Shown: positions 24,846 to 36,148 of the stretch, piece after piece
How the letters are laid out: each line of letters starts with the position of its first letter
How positions within the stretch are numbered: the first letter of the stretch is position 1
Origin: Heterodontus francisci
Taxonomy: Eukaryota
DNA length: 64,000 bases
Assembly: GCF_036365525.1 (NCBI RefSeq)
Contig: NC_090380.1
Coordinates: 72,715,757 to 72,779,756, forward strand
Direction: 5' to 3'
The notes under the pieces: model-generated
Database searches by the model: none
The model's input: the letters and a program-made list of their open reading frames with translations, nothing else
What the model was told of the DNA's origin: nothing
Program-made: the position numbers and the translations under genes

Positions 24846-25848
24846 GGCTGGAATTTTATGAGCCCTGTAGCAATGGGAACGGAGGCGGGGATCCCATAAA
24901 ATTGCAAGGGAAGGCAGGGGTGGAGTGCCCATTGCCTTCCTAATGGCATGGAATTTGGTACGGAGTGGGAAAGGCTGAGGACTGTCTTCCCATCCAGAGG
25001 CCAACTGAGGGCAGCTTCCCACTTCTGCTCCCATTTCACTAACATCGGAAGGGCCTGCTGCCGCATGGAGACATTGCCAGGTGAAACTAGGCGGCCTCCT
25101 AGCGGGCTCATGGGTCCCTCCTCTGGGGGGCAATCCATGACCCATGGAGGGCCCCTCTGGCAACGATGGCTGCACCTGTGGCAAGACACCTCCCACCCTC
25201 ATGGAATCCCCCCCACCTACCCCCTCACTGGGGACTGCCTGACTGGCCCCGGTGACCCTGACCCAACTTACCTGGATCCTGGGGTGTCCTCCATGTTCGC
25301 TACTGTAGGCCTCCTGCAGTACAGGCAGTAGCCACCACTCCCGATGGCGCTGCTGATCTCCGATTGGCCGACAGCCCTGGGGGCAGGAGATTGTTCCTTC
25401 AAGGCACGGTGGGTGTCACTGTGTGCGGGAGGTGGGTGGGGGGGAGGAGTGGTGGTTGAAGGTGAGAGAAAATGCTGGTGTGTCGCAAATCAGACATGAC
25501 CCCACTGATGACCGGATTTAACTGTTGGGCTTTTCGAGGCTTGCAGGAAACCCATGTGGGACAGGTCTATCAATGGTTATCAAATGCAAAGTGGCAATTG
25601 ATAGAAGATTTAAATTAACCCTGCATCCTGCCTTTAACTGCCAGCAGGCAGGTTTTGCAAGCTGTCTGAAACAACCCAAGGCCAACAAAATGATAGCACA
25701 GCGGGGATTGACAAGGCTGTGAAATTGAAAGGCTTTTGTTCACAGGATTTATTTTGAGTGTGCTTTCACTGCTTCAGAAGCGATTTCCAACACTTTGGAG
25801 CTCATTTCTGTTACTTGTGACTATTTTTGGCTTTGATCTGCATTACCT
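24846..25848. mobile_element. Harbinger-type left terminus/MITE fragment and probable 5' non-coding region of the Harbinger element
   Basis: Begins GGCTGGAATTTTA, the same TIR as the reverse complement at 23339, and interrupts the CR1. Interior resembles 22567-23339. Confidence 0.55.
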
Positions 25849-28800
25849 AGCTGTCAGTCTTCACTGCAGGATTGTCCAGCTGTCAGTCTGCACTGCAGTA
25901 TTGTCCAGCTGTCAGCCTTCACTGAAGTATTGTCCAACTGTTAGTCTTCACTGCAGTATTGTCCAGCTGTCAGTCTGCACTGCAGGATTGTCCAGCTGTC
26001 AGTCTGCACTGCAGTATTGTTCAGCTGTCAGTCTTCACTGAAGTATTGTCCAGCTGTCAGTCTTCACTGCAGTATTGTCCAGCTGTCAGTCTGCACTGCA
26101 GGATTGCCCAGCTGTCAGTCTGCACTGCAGTATTGTCCAGCTGTCAGTCTGCACTGCAGGATTGTCCGGCTGTCAGTCTTCACTGCAGTATTGTCCAGCT
26201 GTCAGTCTGCACTGCAGGATTGTCCAGCTGTCAGTCTGCACTGCAGTATTGTCCGGCTGTCAGTCTTCACTGCAGTATTGTCCGGCTGTCAGTCTTCACT
26301 GCAGTATTGTCCAGCTGTCAGTCTGCACTGCAGGATTGTCCAGCTGCCAGTCTGCACTGCAGTATTGTCCGGCTGTCAGTCTGCACTGCAGTATTGTCCG
26401 GCTGTCAGTCTGCACTGCAGTATTGTCCGGCTGTCAGTCTGCACTGCAGGATTGTCCAGCTGCCAGTCTGCACTGCAGTATTGTCCGGCTGTCAGTCTGC
26501 ACTGCAGTATTGTCCGGCTGTCAGTCTTCACTGCAGTATTGTCCGGCTGTCAGTCTGCACTGCAGGATTGTCCGGCTGTCAGTCTGCACTGCAGTATTGT
26601 CCAGCTGTCAGTCTTCACTGCAGTATTGTCCAGCTGTCAGTCTTCACTGCAGTATTGTCCGGCTGTCAGTCTTCACTGCAGTATTGTCCAGCTGTCAGTC
26701 TTCACTGCAGTATTGTCCAGCTGTCAGTCTTCACTGCAGTATTGTCCGGCTGTCAGTCTTCACTGCAGTATTGTCCAGCTGTCAGTCTTCACTGCAGTAT
26801 TGTCCGGCTGTCAGTCTTCACTGCAGTATTGTCCAGCTGTCAGTCTTCACTGCAGTATTGTCCAGCTGTCAGTCTGCACTGCAGTATTGTCCAGCTGTCA
26901 GTCTTCACTGCAGTATTGTCCAGCTGTCAGTCTTCACTGCAGTATTGTCCGGCTGTCAGTCTGCACTGCAGGATTGTCCAGCTGTCAGTCTGCACTGCAG
27001 TATTGTCCAGCTGTCAGTCTTCACTGCAGTATTGTCCAGCTGTCAGTCTTCACTGCAGTATTGTCCGGCTGTCAGTCTGCACTGCAGGATTGTCCGGCTG
27101 TCAGTCTGCACTGCAGGATTGTCCGGCTGTCAGTCTTCACTGCAGTATTGTCTGGCTGTCAGTCTTCACTGCAGTATTGTCCAGCTGTCAGTCTGCACTG
27201 CAGGATTGTCCAGCTGTCAGTCTGCACTGCAGTATTGTCCGGCTGTCAGTCTGCACTGCAGTATTGTCCAGCTGTCAGTCTTCACTGCAGTATTGTCCGG
27301 CTGTCAGTCTGCACTGCAGGATTGTCCGGCTGTCAGTCTGCACTGCAGGATTGTCCGGCTGTCAGTCTTCACTGCAGTATTGTCTGGCTGTCAGTCTTCA
27401 CTGCAGTATTGTCCAGCTGTCAGTCTGCACTGCAGGATTGTCCAGCTGTCAGTCTGCACTGCAGTATTGTCCAGCTGTCAGTCTTCACTGCAGTATTGTC
27501 CAGCTGTCAGTCTGCACTGCAGTATTGTCCAGCTGTCAGTCTTCACTGCAGTATTGTCCAGCTGTCAGTCTTCACTGCAGTATTGTCCGGCTGTCAGTCT
27601 GCACTGCAGGATTGTCCAGCTGTCAGTCTGCACTGCAGTATTGTCCAGCTGTCAGTCTTCACTGCAGTATTGTCCAGCTGTCAGTCTTCACTGCAGTATT
27701 GTCCGGCTGTCAGTCTGCACTGCAGGATTGTCCGGCTGTCAGTCTGCACTGCAGGATTGTCCGGCTGTCAGTCTTCACTGCAGTATTGTCTGGCTGTCAG
27801 TCTTCACTGCAGTATTGTCCAGCTGTCAGTCTGCACTGCAGGATTGTCCAGCTGTCAGTCTGCACTGCAGTATTGTCCGGCTGTCAGTCTTCACTGCAGT
27901 ATTGTCCAGCTGTCAGTCTGCACTGCAGGATTGTCCAGCTGTCAGTCTGCACTGCAGGATTGTCGAGCTGCCAGTCTGCACTGCAGTATTGTCCGGCTGT
28001 CAGTCTGCACTGCAGTATTGTCCGGCTGTCAGTCTTCACTGCAGTATTGTCCAGCTGTCAGTCTGCACTGCAGGATTGTCCAGCTGTCAGTCTGCACTGC
28101 AGTATTGTCCGGCTGTCAGTCTTCACTGCAGTATTGTCCAGCTGTCAGTCTGCACTGCAGTATTGTCCGGCTGTCAGTCTTCACTGCAGTATTGTCCGGC
28201 TGTCAGTCTGCACTGCAGAATTGTTCAGCTGACAGTCTGCACTGCAGTATTGTTCAGCTGCCAGTCTTCACTGCAGTATTGTTCAGCTGACAGTCTGCAC
28301 TGCAGTATTGTTCAGCTGCCAGTCTTCACTGCTGTATTGTTCAGCTGTCAGTGTTCACTGCAGTATTGTCCGGCTGTCAGTCTGCACTGCAGTATTGTTC
28401 AGCTGACAGTCTGCACTGCAGTATTGTCCGGCTGTCAGTCTGCACTGCAGTATTGTTCAGCTGACAGTCTGCACTGCAGTATTGTCCGGCTGTCAGTCTG
28501 CACTGCAGTATTGTCCGGCTGTCAGTCTGCACTGCAGTATTGTTCGGCTGACAGTCTGCACTGCAGTACTGTTCAGCTGCCAGTCTTCACTGCTGTATTG
28601 TTCAGCTGCCAGTCTTCACTGCAGTATTGTTCAGCTGCCAGTCTTCACTGCTGTATTGTTCAGCTGCCAGTCTTCACTGCAGTATTGTTCAGCTGCCAGT
28701 CTTCACTGCTGTATTGTTCAGCTGCCAGTCTTCACTGCAGTATTGTTCAGCTGCCAGTCTTCACTGCTGTATTGTTCAGCTGTCAGTCTGCACTGCAGAA

Positions 28801-31800
28801 TTGTTCAGCTGACAGTCTGCACTGCAGTATTGTTCAGCTGCCAGTCTTCACTGCAGTATTGTTCAGCTGCCAGTCTTCACTGCTGTATTGTTCAGCTGTC
28901 AGTGTTCACTGCAGTATTGTCCGGCTGTCAGTCTGCACTGCAGTATTGTTCAGCTGACAGTCTGCACTGCAGTATTGTCCGGCTGTCAGTCTGCACTGCA
29001 GTATTGTTCAGCTGACAGTCTGCACTGCAGTATTGTCCGGCTGTCAGTCTGCACTGCAGTATTGTCCGGCTGTCAGTCTGCACTGCAGTATTGTCCGGCT
29101 GTCAGTCTGCACTGCAGTATTGTTCGGCTGACAGTCTGCACTGCAGTATTGTTCAGCTGCCAGTCTTCACTGCAGTATTGTTCAGCTGTCAATCTTCGCT
29201 GCAGTATTGTTCAGCTGCCAGTCTTCACTGCTGTATTGTTCAGCTGTCAGTCTGCACTGCAGTATTGTTCAGCTGTCAGTCTGCACTGCAGTATTGTTCA
29301 GCTGACAGTCTTCACATGCTGTATTGTTCAGCTGCCAGTCTGCACTGCAGTATTGTCCAGCTGTCAGTGTTCACTGCAGTATTGTCCAGCTGTCAGTCTG
29401 CACTGCAGTATTGTTCAGCTGTCAGTCTTCACTGCAGTATTGTCCAGCTGTCAGTGTTCACTGCTGTATTGTTCAGCTGCCAGTCTTCACTGCAGTATTG
29501 TTCAGCTGCCAGTCTTCAATGCTGTATTGTTCAGCTGCCAGTCTTCACTGCTGTATTGTTCAGCTGCCAGTCTTCACTGCTGTATTGTTCAGCTGCCAGT
29601 CTTCACTGCAGTATTGTTCAGCTGCCAGTCTTCACTGCTGTATTGTTCAGCTGCCAGTCTTCACTGCAGTATTGTTCAGCTGTCAATCTTCACTGCAGGA
29701 TTGTCCAGCTGTCAGTCTGCACTGCAGTATTGTTCAGCTGTCAGTCTGCACTGCAGTATTGTTCAGCTGTCAATCTTCACTGCAGTATTGTCCAGCTGTC
29801 AGTGTTCACTGCAGTATTGTCCAGCTGTCAGTCTGCACTGCAGTATTGTTCAGCTGTCAGTCTTTACTGCAGTATTGTTCAGCTGCCATTCTGCACTGCA
29901 GTATTGTCCAGCTGTCAGTGTTCACTGCAGTATTGTCCAGCTGTCAGTCTGCACTGCAGTATTGTTCAGCTGTCAGTCTTTACTGCAGTATTGTCCAGCT
30001 GTCAGTCTTCACTGCAGTATTGTTCAGCTGCCAGTCTTCACTGCAGTATTGTTCAGCTGCCAGTCTTCACTGCAGTATTGTTCAGCTGCCAGTCTTCACT
30101 GCAGTATTGTTCAGCTGCCAGTCTTCACTGCAGTATTGTTCAGCTGTCAATCTTCACTGCAGGATTGTCCAGCTGTCAGTCTGCACTGCAGTATTGTTCA
30201 GCTGTCAGTCTGCACTGCAGTATTGTTCAGCTGTCAATCTTCACTGCAGTATTGTCCAGCTGTCAGTGTTCACTGCAGTATTGTCCAGCTGTCAGTCTGC
30301 ACTGCAGTATTGTTCAGCTGTCAGTCTTTACTGCAGTATTGTTCAGCTGCCATTCTGCACTGCAGTATTGTCCAGCTGTCAGTGTTCACTGCAGTATTGT
30401 CCAGCTGTCAGTCTGCACTGCAGTATTGTTCAGCTGTCAGTCTTTACTGCAGTATTGTCCAGCTGTCAGTCTTTACTGCAGTATTGTCCAGCTGTCAGTG
30501 TTCACTGCTGTATTGTTCAGCTGCCAGTCTTCACTGCTGTATTGTTCAGCTGCCAGTCTTCACTGCTGTATTGTTCAGCTGCCAGTCTTCACTGCAGTAT
30601 TGTTCAGCTGCCAGTCTTCACTGCAGTATTGTTCAGCTGCCAGTCTTCACTGCTGTATTGTTCAGCTGCCATTCTGCACTGCAGTATTGTCCAGCTGTCA
30701 GTGTTCACTGCAGTATTGTCCAGCTGTCAGTCTGCACTGCAGTATTGTTCAGCTGTCAGTCTTTACTGCAGTATTGTCCAGCTGTCAGTGTTCACTGCTG
30801 TATTGTTCAGCTGCCAGTCTTCACTGCTGTATTGTTCAGCTGCCAGTCTTCACTGCAGTATTGTTCAGCTGCCAGTCTTCACTGCTGTATTGTTCAGCTG
30901 CCAGTCTTCACTGCAGTATTGTTCAGCTGCCAGTCTTCACTGCAGTATTGTTCAGCTGTCAGTCTTCACTGCAGTATTGTTCAGCTGTCAATCTTCACTG
31001 CAGGATTGTCCAGCTGTCAGTCTGCACTGCAGGATTGTCCAGCTGTCAGTCTGCACTGCAGGATTGTCCAGCTGTCAGTCTGGCACTGCAGGATTGTCCA
31101 GCTGCGAGTCTGCACTGCAGGATTGTTCAGCTGTCAGTCTTCACTGCAGTATTGTTCAGCTGTCAGTCTTCACTGCAGTATTGTTCAGCTGCCAGTCTTC
31201 ACTGCAGTATTGTTCAGCTGCCAGTCTTCACTGCAGTATTGTTCAGCTGTCAGTCTGTACTGCAGTATGGAAGCAGCTGCCAGTCTGCACTGCAGTATGG
31301 AAGCAGCTGCCAGTCTTCACTGCAGTATTGTTCAGCTGTCAGTCTTTACTGCAGTATTGTTCAGCTGTCAGTCTGCACTGCAGTATTGTTCAGCTGCCAG
31401 TCTTCACTGCAGTATTGTTCAGCTGTCAGTGTTCACTGCTGTATTGTTCAGCTGCCAGTCTTCACTGCAGTATTGTTCAGCTGCCAGTCTTCACTGCAGT
31501 ATTGTTCAGCTGCCAGTCTTCACTGCAGTATTGTTCAGCTGTCAATCTTCACTGCTGTATTGTTCAGCTGTCAATCTTCACTGCTGTATTGTTCAGCTGT
31601 CAATCTTCACTGCTGTATTGTTCAGCTGTCAGTCTTCACTGCTGTATTGTTCAGCTGTCAATCTTCACTGCATTATTGTTCAGCTGTCAACCTTCACTGC
31701 TGTATTGTTCAGCTGTCAGTCTTCACTGCTGTATTGTTCAGCTGTCAATCTTCACTGCATTATTGTTCAGCTGTCAATCTTCACTGCTGTATTGTTCAGC

Positions 31801-33649
31801 TGTCAATCTTCACTGCTGTATTGTTCAGCTGTCAGTCTTCACTGCTGTATTGTTCAGCTGTCAGTCTTCACTGCTGTATTGTTCAGCTGTCAATCTTCAC
31901 TGCATTATTGTTCAGCTGTCAATCTTCACTGCTGTATTGTTCAGCTGTCAGTCTTCACTGCTGTATTGTTCAGCTGTCAATCTTCACTGCATTATTGTTC
32001 AGCTGTCAATCTTCACTGCTGTATTGTTCAGCTGTCAGTCTTCACTGCTGTATTGTTCAGCTGTCAATCTTCACTGCTGTATTGTTCAGCTGTCAATCTT
32101 CACTGCTGTATTGTTCAGCTGTCAATCTTCACTGCAGTATTGTTCAGCTGTCAGTCTTCACTGCAGTATTGTCCAGCTGTCAGTCTTCACTGCAGTATTG
32201 TTCAGCTGCCAGTCTTCACTGCAGTATTGTTCAGCTGCCAGTCTTCACTGCAGTATTGTTCAGATGCCAGTCTTCACTGCAGTATTGTTCAGCTGTCAGT
32301 CTGCACTGCAGTATTGTTCAGCTGTCAGTCTTCACTGCAGTATTGTTCAGCTACCAGTCTTCACTGCAGTATTGTTCAGCTGTCAGTCTGCACTGCTGTA
32401 TTGTTCAGCTGCCAGTCTTCACTGCAGTATTGTTCAGCTGCCAGTCTTCACTGCAGTATTGTTCAGCTGCCAGTCTTCACTGCTGTATTGTTCAGCTGTC
32501 AGTCTTCACTGCAGTATTGTTCAGCTGCCAGTCTTCACTGCAGTATTGTTCAGCTGCCAGTCTTCACTGCTGTATTGTTCAGCTGCCAGTCTGCACTGCA
32601 GTATTGTTCAGCTGCCAGTCTTCACTGCAGTATTGTTCAGATGCCAGTCTTCACTGCAGTATTGTTCAGCTGTCAGTCTGCACTGCAGTATTGTTCAGCT
32701 GTCAGTCTTCACTGCAGTATTGTTCAGCTGCCAGTCTTCACTGCAGTATTGTTCAGCTGTCAGTCTGCACTGCAGTATTGTTCAGCTGCCAGTCTTCACT
32801 GCAGTATTGTTCAGCTGCCAGTCTTCACTGCAGTATTGTTCAGATGCCAGTCTTCACTGCAGTATTGACCAGCCGTCAGTCTGCACTGCAGTATTGTTCA
32901 GGTGCCAGTCTTCACTGCAGTATTGTTCAGCTGCCAGTCTTCACTGCAGTATTGTTCAGATGCCAGTCTTCACTGCAGTATTGTTCAGCTGTCAGTCTGC
33001 ACTGCAGTATTGTTCAGCTGTCAGTCTTCACTGCAGTATTGTTCAGCTGCCAGTCTTCACTGCAGTATTGTTCAGCTGTCAGTCTGCACTGCAGTATTGT
33101 TCAGCTGCCAGTCTTCACTGCAGTATTGTTCAGCTGCCAGTCTTCACTGCAGTATTGTTCAGCTGCCAGTCTTCACTGCAGTATTGTTCAGATGCCAGTC
33201 TTCACTGCAGTATTGACCAGCCGTCAGTCTGCACTGCAGTATGGGCCAGCCTTCAGTCTGCACTGCCGTTAGGGCCAGCCGTCAGTCTGCACTGCAGTAT
33301 GGGCCAGCTGTCAGTCTGCACTGCAGTATGGGCCAGCCTTCAGTCTGCACTGCCGTTAGGTCCAGCTGTCAGTCTGCACTGCAGTATGGGCGAGCTGTCA
33401 GTCTGCACTGCAGTATGGGCCAGCCTTCAGTCTGCACTGCAGTATGGGCCAGCCGTCAGTCTGCACTGCCGTATGGGCCAGCCGTCAGTCTGCACTGCCG
33501 TATGGGCCAGCTGTCAGTCTGCACTGCAGTATGGGCCAGCCATCAGTCTGAACTGCAGTAATGGCCAGCCGTCAGTCTGCACTGCAGTAATGGCCAGCCG
33601 TCAGTCTGCACTGCAGTAATGGCCAGCCGTCAGTCTGCACTGCAGTATG
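25849..33649. repeat. 29-bp minisatellite array, ~269 units, consensus CAGCTGTCAGTCT(T/G)CACTGCAGTATTGT(C/T)
   Basis: Directly visible 29-nt periodicity over ~7.8 kb. Rare variants recur at exact multiples of 29, e.g. tctgg at 27151, 27383 and 27789. Confidence 0.98.
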
Positions 33650-34783
33650 GTAGCACCTATTGCTGCTCTGCCTTGGTCCTTTGCTGAGGAAGAAGAGGAG
33701 CAGCACCTGCAACACCACCACAGCATAAGCAGGAGCAACATCAGCAGAAGGAGCAGCGGCCTCTCCTGAGCTGCATTCTGCCACATGCAATGGATACAGA
33801 GCTCCAACTCAAAGGAGATGATACACCCAGGGTATACAGGCAGAGGATCAGCTTTCTGGACTTGACTGAGTACCAGTATCTCAGGAGGCTCAGAGCTTTG
33901 TGGCAGGTCATTGCTGACACCTGCAGCCTCCTGGACCATGACACTCTTCCAAGTGGGCGAGGTGGGAATTCATTGCCAGTGGCCATCAAGGTCACCACAG
34001 CCATGAATTTCTTTGCCTCTGGCTCCTGCTGGTGACATCTGCTGGATTTCACAACCTGCTGCGGACAAGTGCATATCCCAGGTGTTTACCATGTTTGCCA
34101 AGGCCGTCATTGTGTCCACTTCGCTAATGGTGAGGCCAGTCAGACCAAGAGGACTCTCAGATTTGCTATAATGCTGGATTCCCTCAGCTGCAGGGTGTCA
34201 TCGAGTGCATATATGTGGCAACCAAAGTGCCGTCAGATCATCTAGGAATCTTTCTCAATCAATAGGGATTCCACTCTATCAGTGTTCAGCTGGTATGTAA
34301 CCACGAGAAGGTTTTCATGCATGTCTGTGTAATATACCCTGAAAGCTGCCATGATGCCTTCATTCTGTACCAGTCACATCTCCCATGGGTCTTTCCAATG
34401 AGAGACAGCAGATGGCTAACTTTTAAGGATCTGGCTTATGACGTGTGTGCAACCCTATGTCTGATGAACAGGAAAGGTACAATCAGAGCCACTTGAGTAC
34501 AAGAGCAGTCATTGAACAAGACATTGTGTTGCTGAAGATGGGATTCAGATGCCAGAACAGATCTGGAGGCAGCCTTCAGTATGTACCAGCAGCAAGGGTC
34601 TCTGGAATGGGAGTAGTCTGCTGCGTCTTGCACAACATTGCACTGTGGAAAAATCTGGAGCTGCAGGAGGAGGAAGGTGATGATAGCTCTGTATCTTTAG
34701 AGGAGGAGAAGGAGCTTGATGTGGCCATGGTCTCTGCAACTGCCCACCTAGCTGCCAGGGATGTCTGCAATGGGCTCATATAG
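33647..34783 (+). pseudogene. Degenerate PIF/Harbinger (HARBI1-like) transposase
   Basis: Fragments PRVYRQRISFLDL, LPVAIKVTTAMNFFASGS, QGVIECIYVA (decayed GAIDCTH), GFHSISVQLVC, YPESCHDAFIL, ERYNQSHLSTRAVIEQ..LLKMGFRC, CCVLHNIA and an acidic tail. Contains frameshifts and stops. Confidence 0.88.
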
Positions 34784-35310
34784 GCGTGATTAAGCTAACC
34801 TGAGGCTGTGAAACCATATGGCACACCAATATTGACCCCACTGGACACTCCTTGTGAAACTACAAAATTTTTTTCTTCCTTTTCCTATTGCTTCATGTGG
34901 TGCTACCTCTGTAGCTTCAGTGGAGCCGGAGGTAGTCTGCTCGTCCCTGCTCTGACTGTTCAGATGTTCATGGTCAACTGCTTCTGGGTTTGGAGCTTGA
35001 CCTCTTCTGTGGACTCCTCAGGAACGTACCCGCTCATTTTTTTTTTGGAATGTGGGTGATTTATTTAAATGCTTAAGCCCTTTAAATTTTTTGGACATGC
35101 GCAGTAACTTAAAAGGGCCAACTTGTGCATGGCCTACCTGGAAACTTTTGGGCTACTGCTTGGCCGCACAGCTTACAGGGAACATTGCTCCTTGTCCTCC
35201 TCCGACTCCAGCTGCTTTGAAGGCTCACACCTGAAGGACCTGTGGGAGATGAAATTTATCAATAAGAACTGACAAGGGGAAAGGTTCAAAGTCATTATTG
35301 TGGCAGGTGA

Positions 35311-35691
35311 TCATATTTTAGATACTGGTGACATCAACTCAACATAAGTGAGTGCTGTGTACCATGTGGCTGTGTGATATTTAATTCTGTCACCAGGTAT
35401 CTGGGAGAACCCCATCTCTCCATCTCCAATGGTCATGCACTCCCCAACTCTGCTGGTCTCCCTTGCCTCCTCCTCCACAACAGTGTGCGTGAAGATTACT
35501 GGAGGGCACTCCTGGTGCACTGTCTCTCTCAGGTGTTCTGTGCTGTCTTCTTCTGGACAGAAATCAGAGCTTTTGAGTGTGAGAAATGGATTGTTTTGAG
35601 AGGATGTATGGACAACATTTTGTGGAGGGTGACTGTGGAGGATGGATGTGAGATGGCAGTAAGATGAAGGTGAGTGCCATTGTTGGCTCAT
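35311..35691 (-). mobile_element. Probable relic of the second (Myb/SANT-like) Harbinger ORF, tail-to-tail with the transposase
   Basis: Minus-strand ECPPVIFTHTVVEEEARE...IGDGE resembles the post-Myb segment of Harbinger accessory proteins, and the position fits. Weak motif evidence. Confidence 0.4.
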
Positions 35692-36148
35692 TACACAATA
35701 CTGAATCTAAAATAGCCTGTTCCCAAGTTGGTTCCTCGACATATTGTTCTAGAGCACAGTCTCAAATTTCATGAAATCATCCTCAAAGCTACTTTTGCAA
35801 ATTTAGTTTTCCCAGTCTATATGAAAATTAAAGTTCTCCAGAATTATTGTTTTCCCCCTTCTTACATGCTCCTCTAATTTCCTGATTCTCCTTTGTTTAA
35901 CATTATGATTACTGTTAGGGGGCTTATAAACTATTCCCAACAGTATTTTCTGCCTTTCGTTATTTCTTAGCTCCATCCACACTGATTGTATATTCTGATT
36001 TTCTGGGTTAAAATCCATTTTTCCTACTGCCTTTATCATCCTTTATTACGAGGGCTACCCCACCTTCTTTTTCATTTTCCTATCTTTTTTAAAAGTCAAG
36101 TACCTAGAATATTTAGTTCCCAACCATGGTCACTCTCCAAACACATCT

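Noticed and set aside
25959-33619. Very long Cys/Ser/Leu-rich ORFs (757-1431 aa) in all three + frames
   Set aside because: Artefact. The 29-bp unit has no stop triplet on the + strand and 29 is not a multiple of 3, so all frames give the same cyclic peptide. Most starts are TTG and there is no sign of a gene structure.
25849-33649. CRISPR-like array (29-bp repeat)
   Set aside because: Units are contiguous with no unique spacers, there are no cas genes, and the context is vertebrate.
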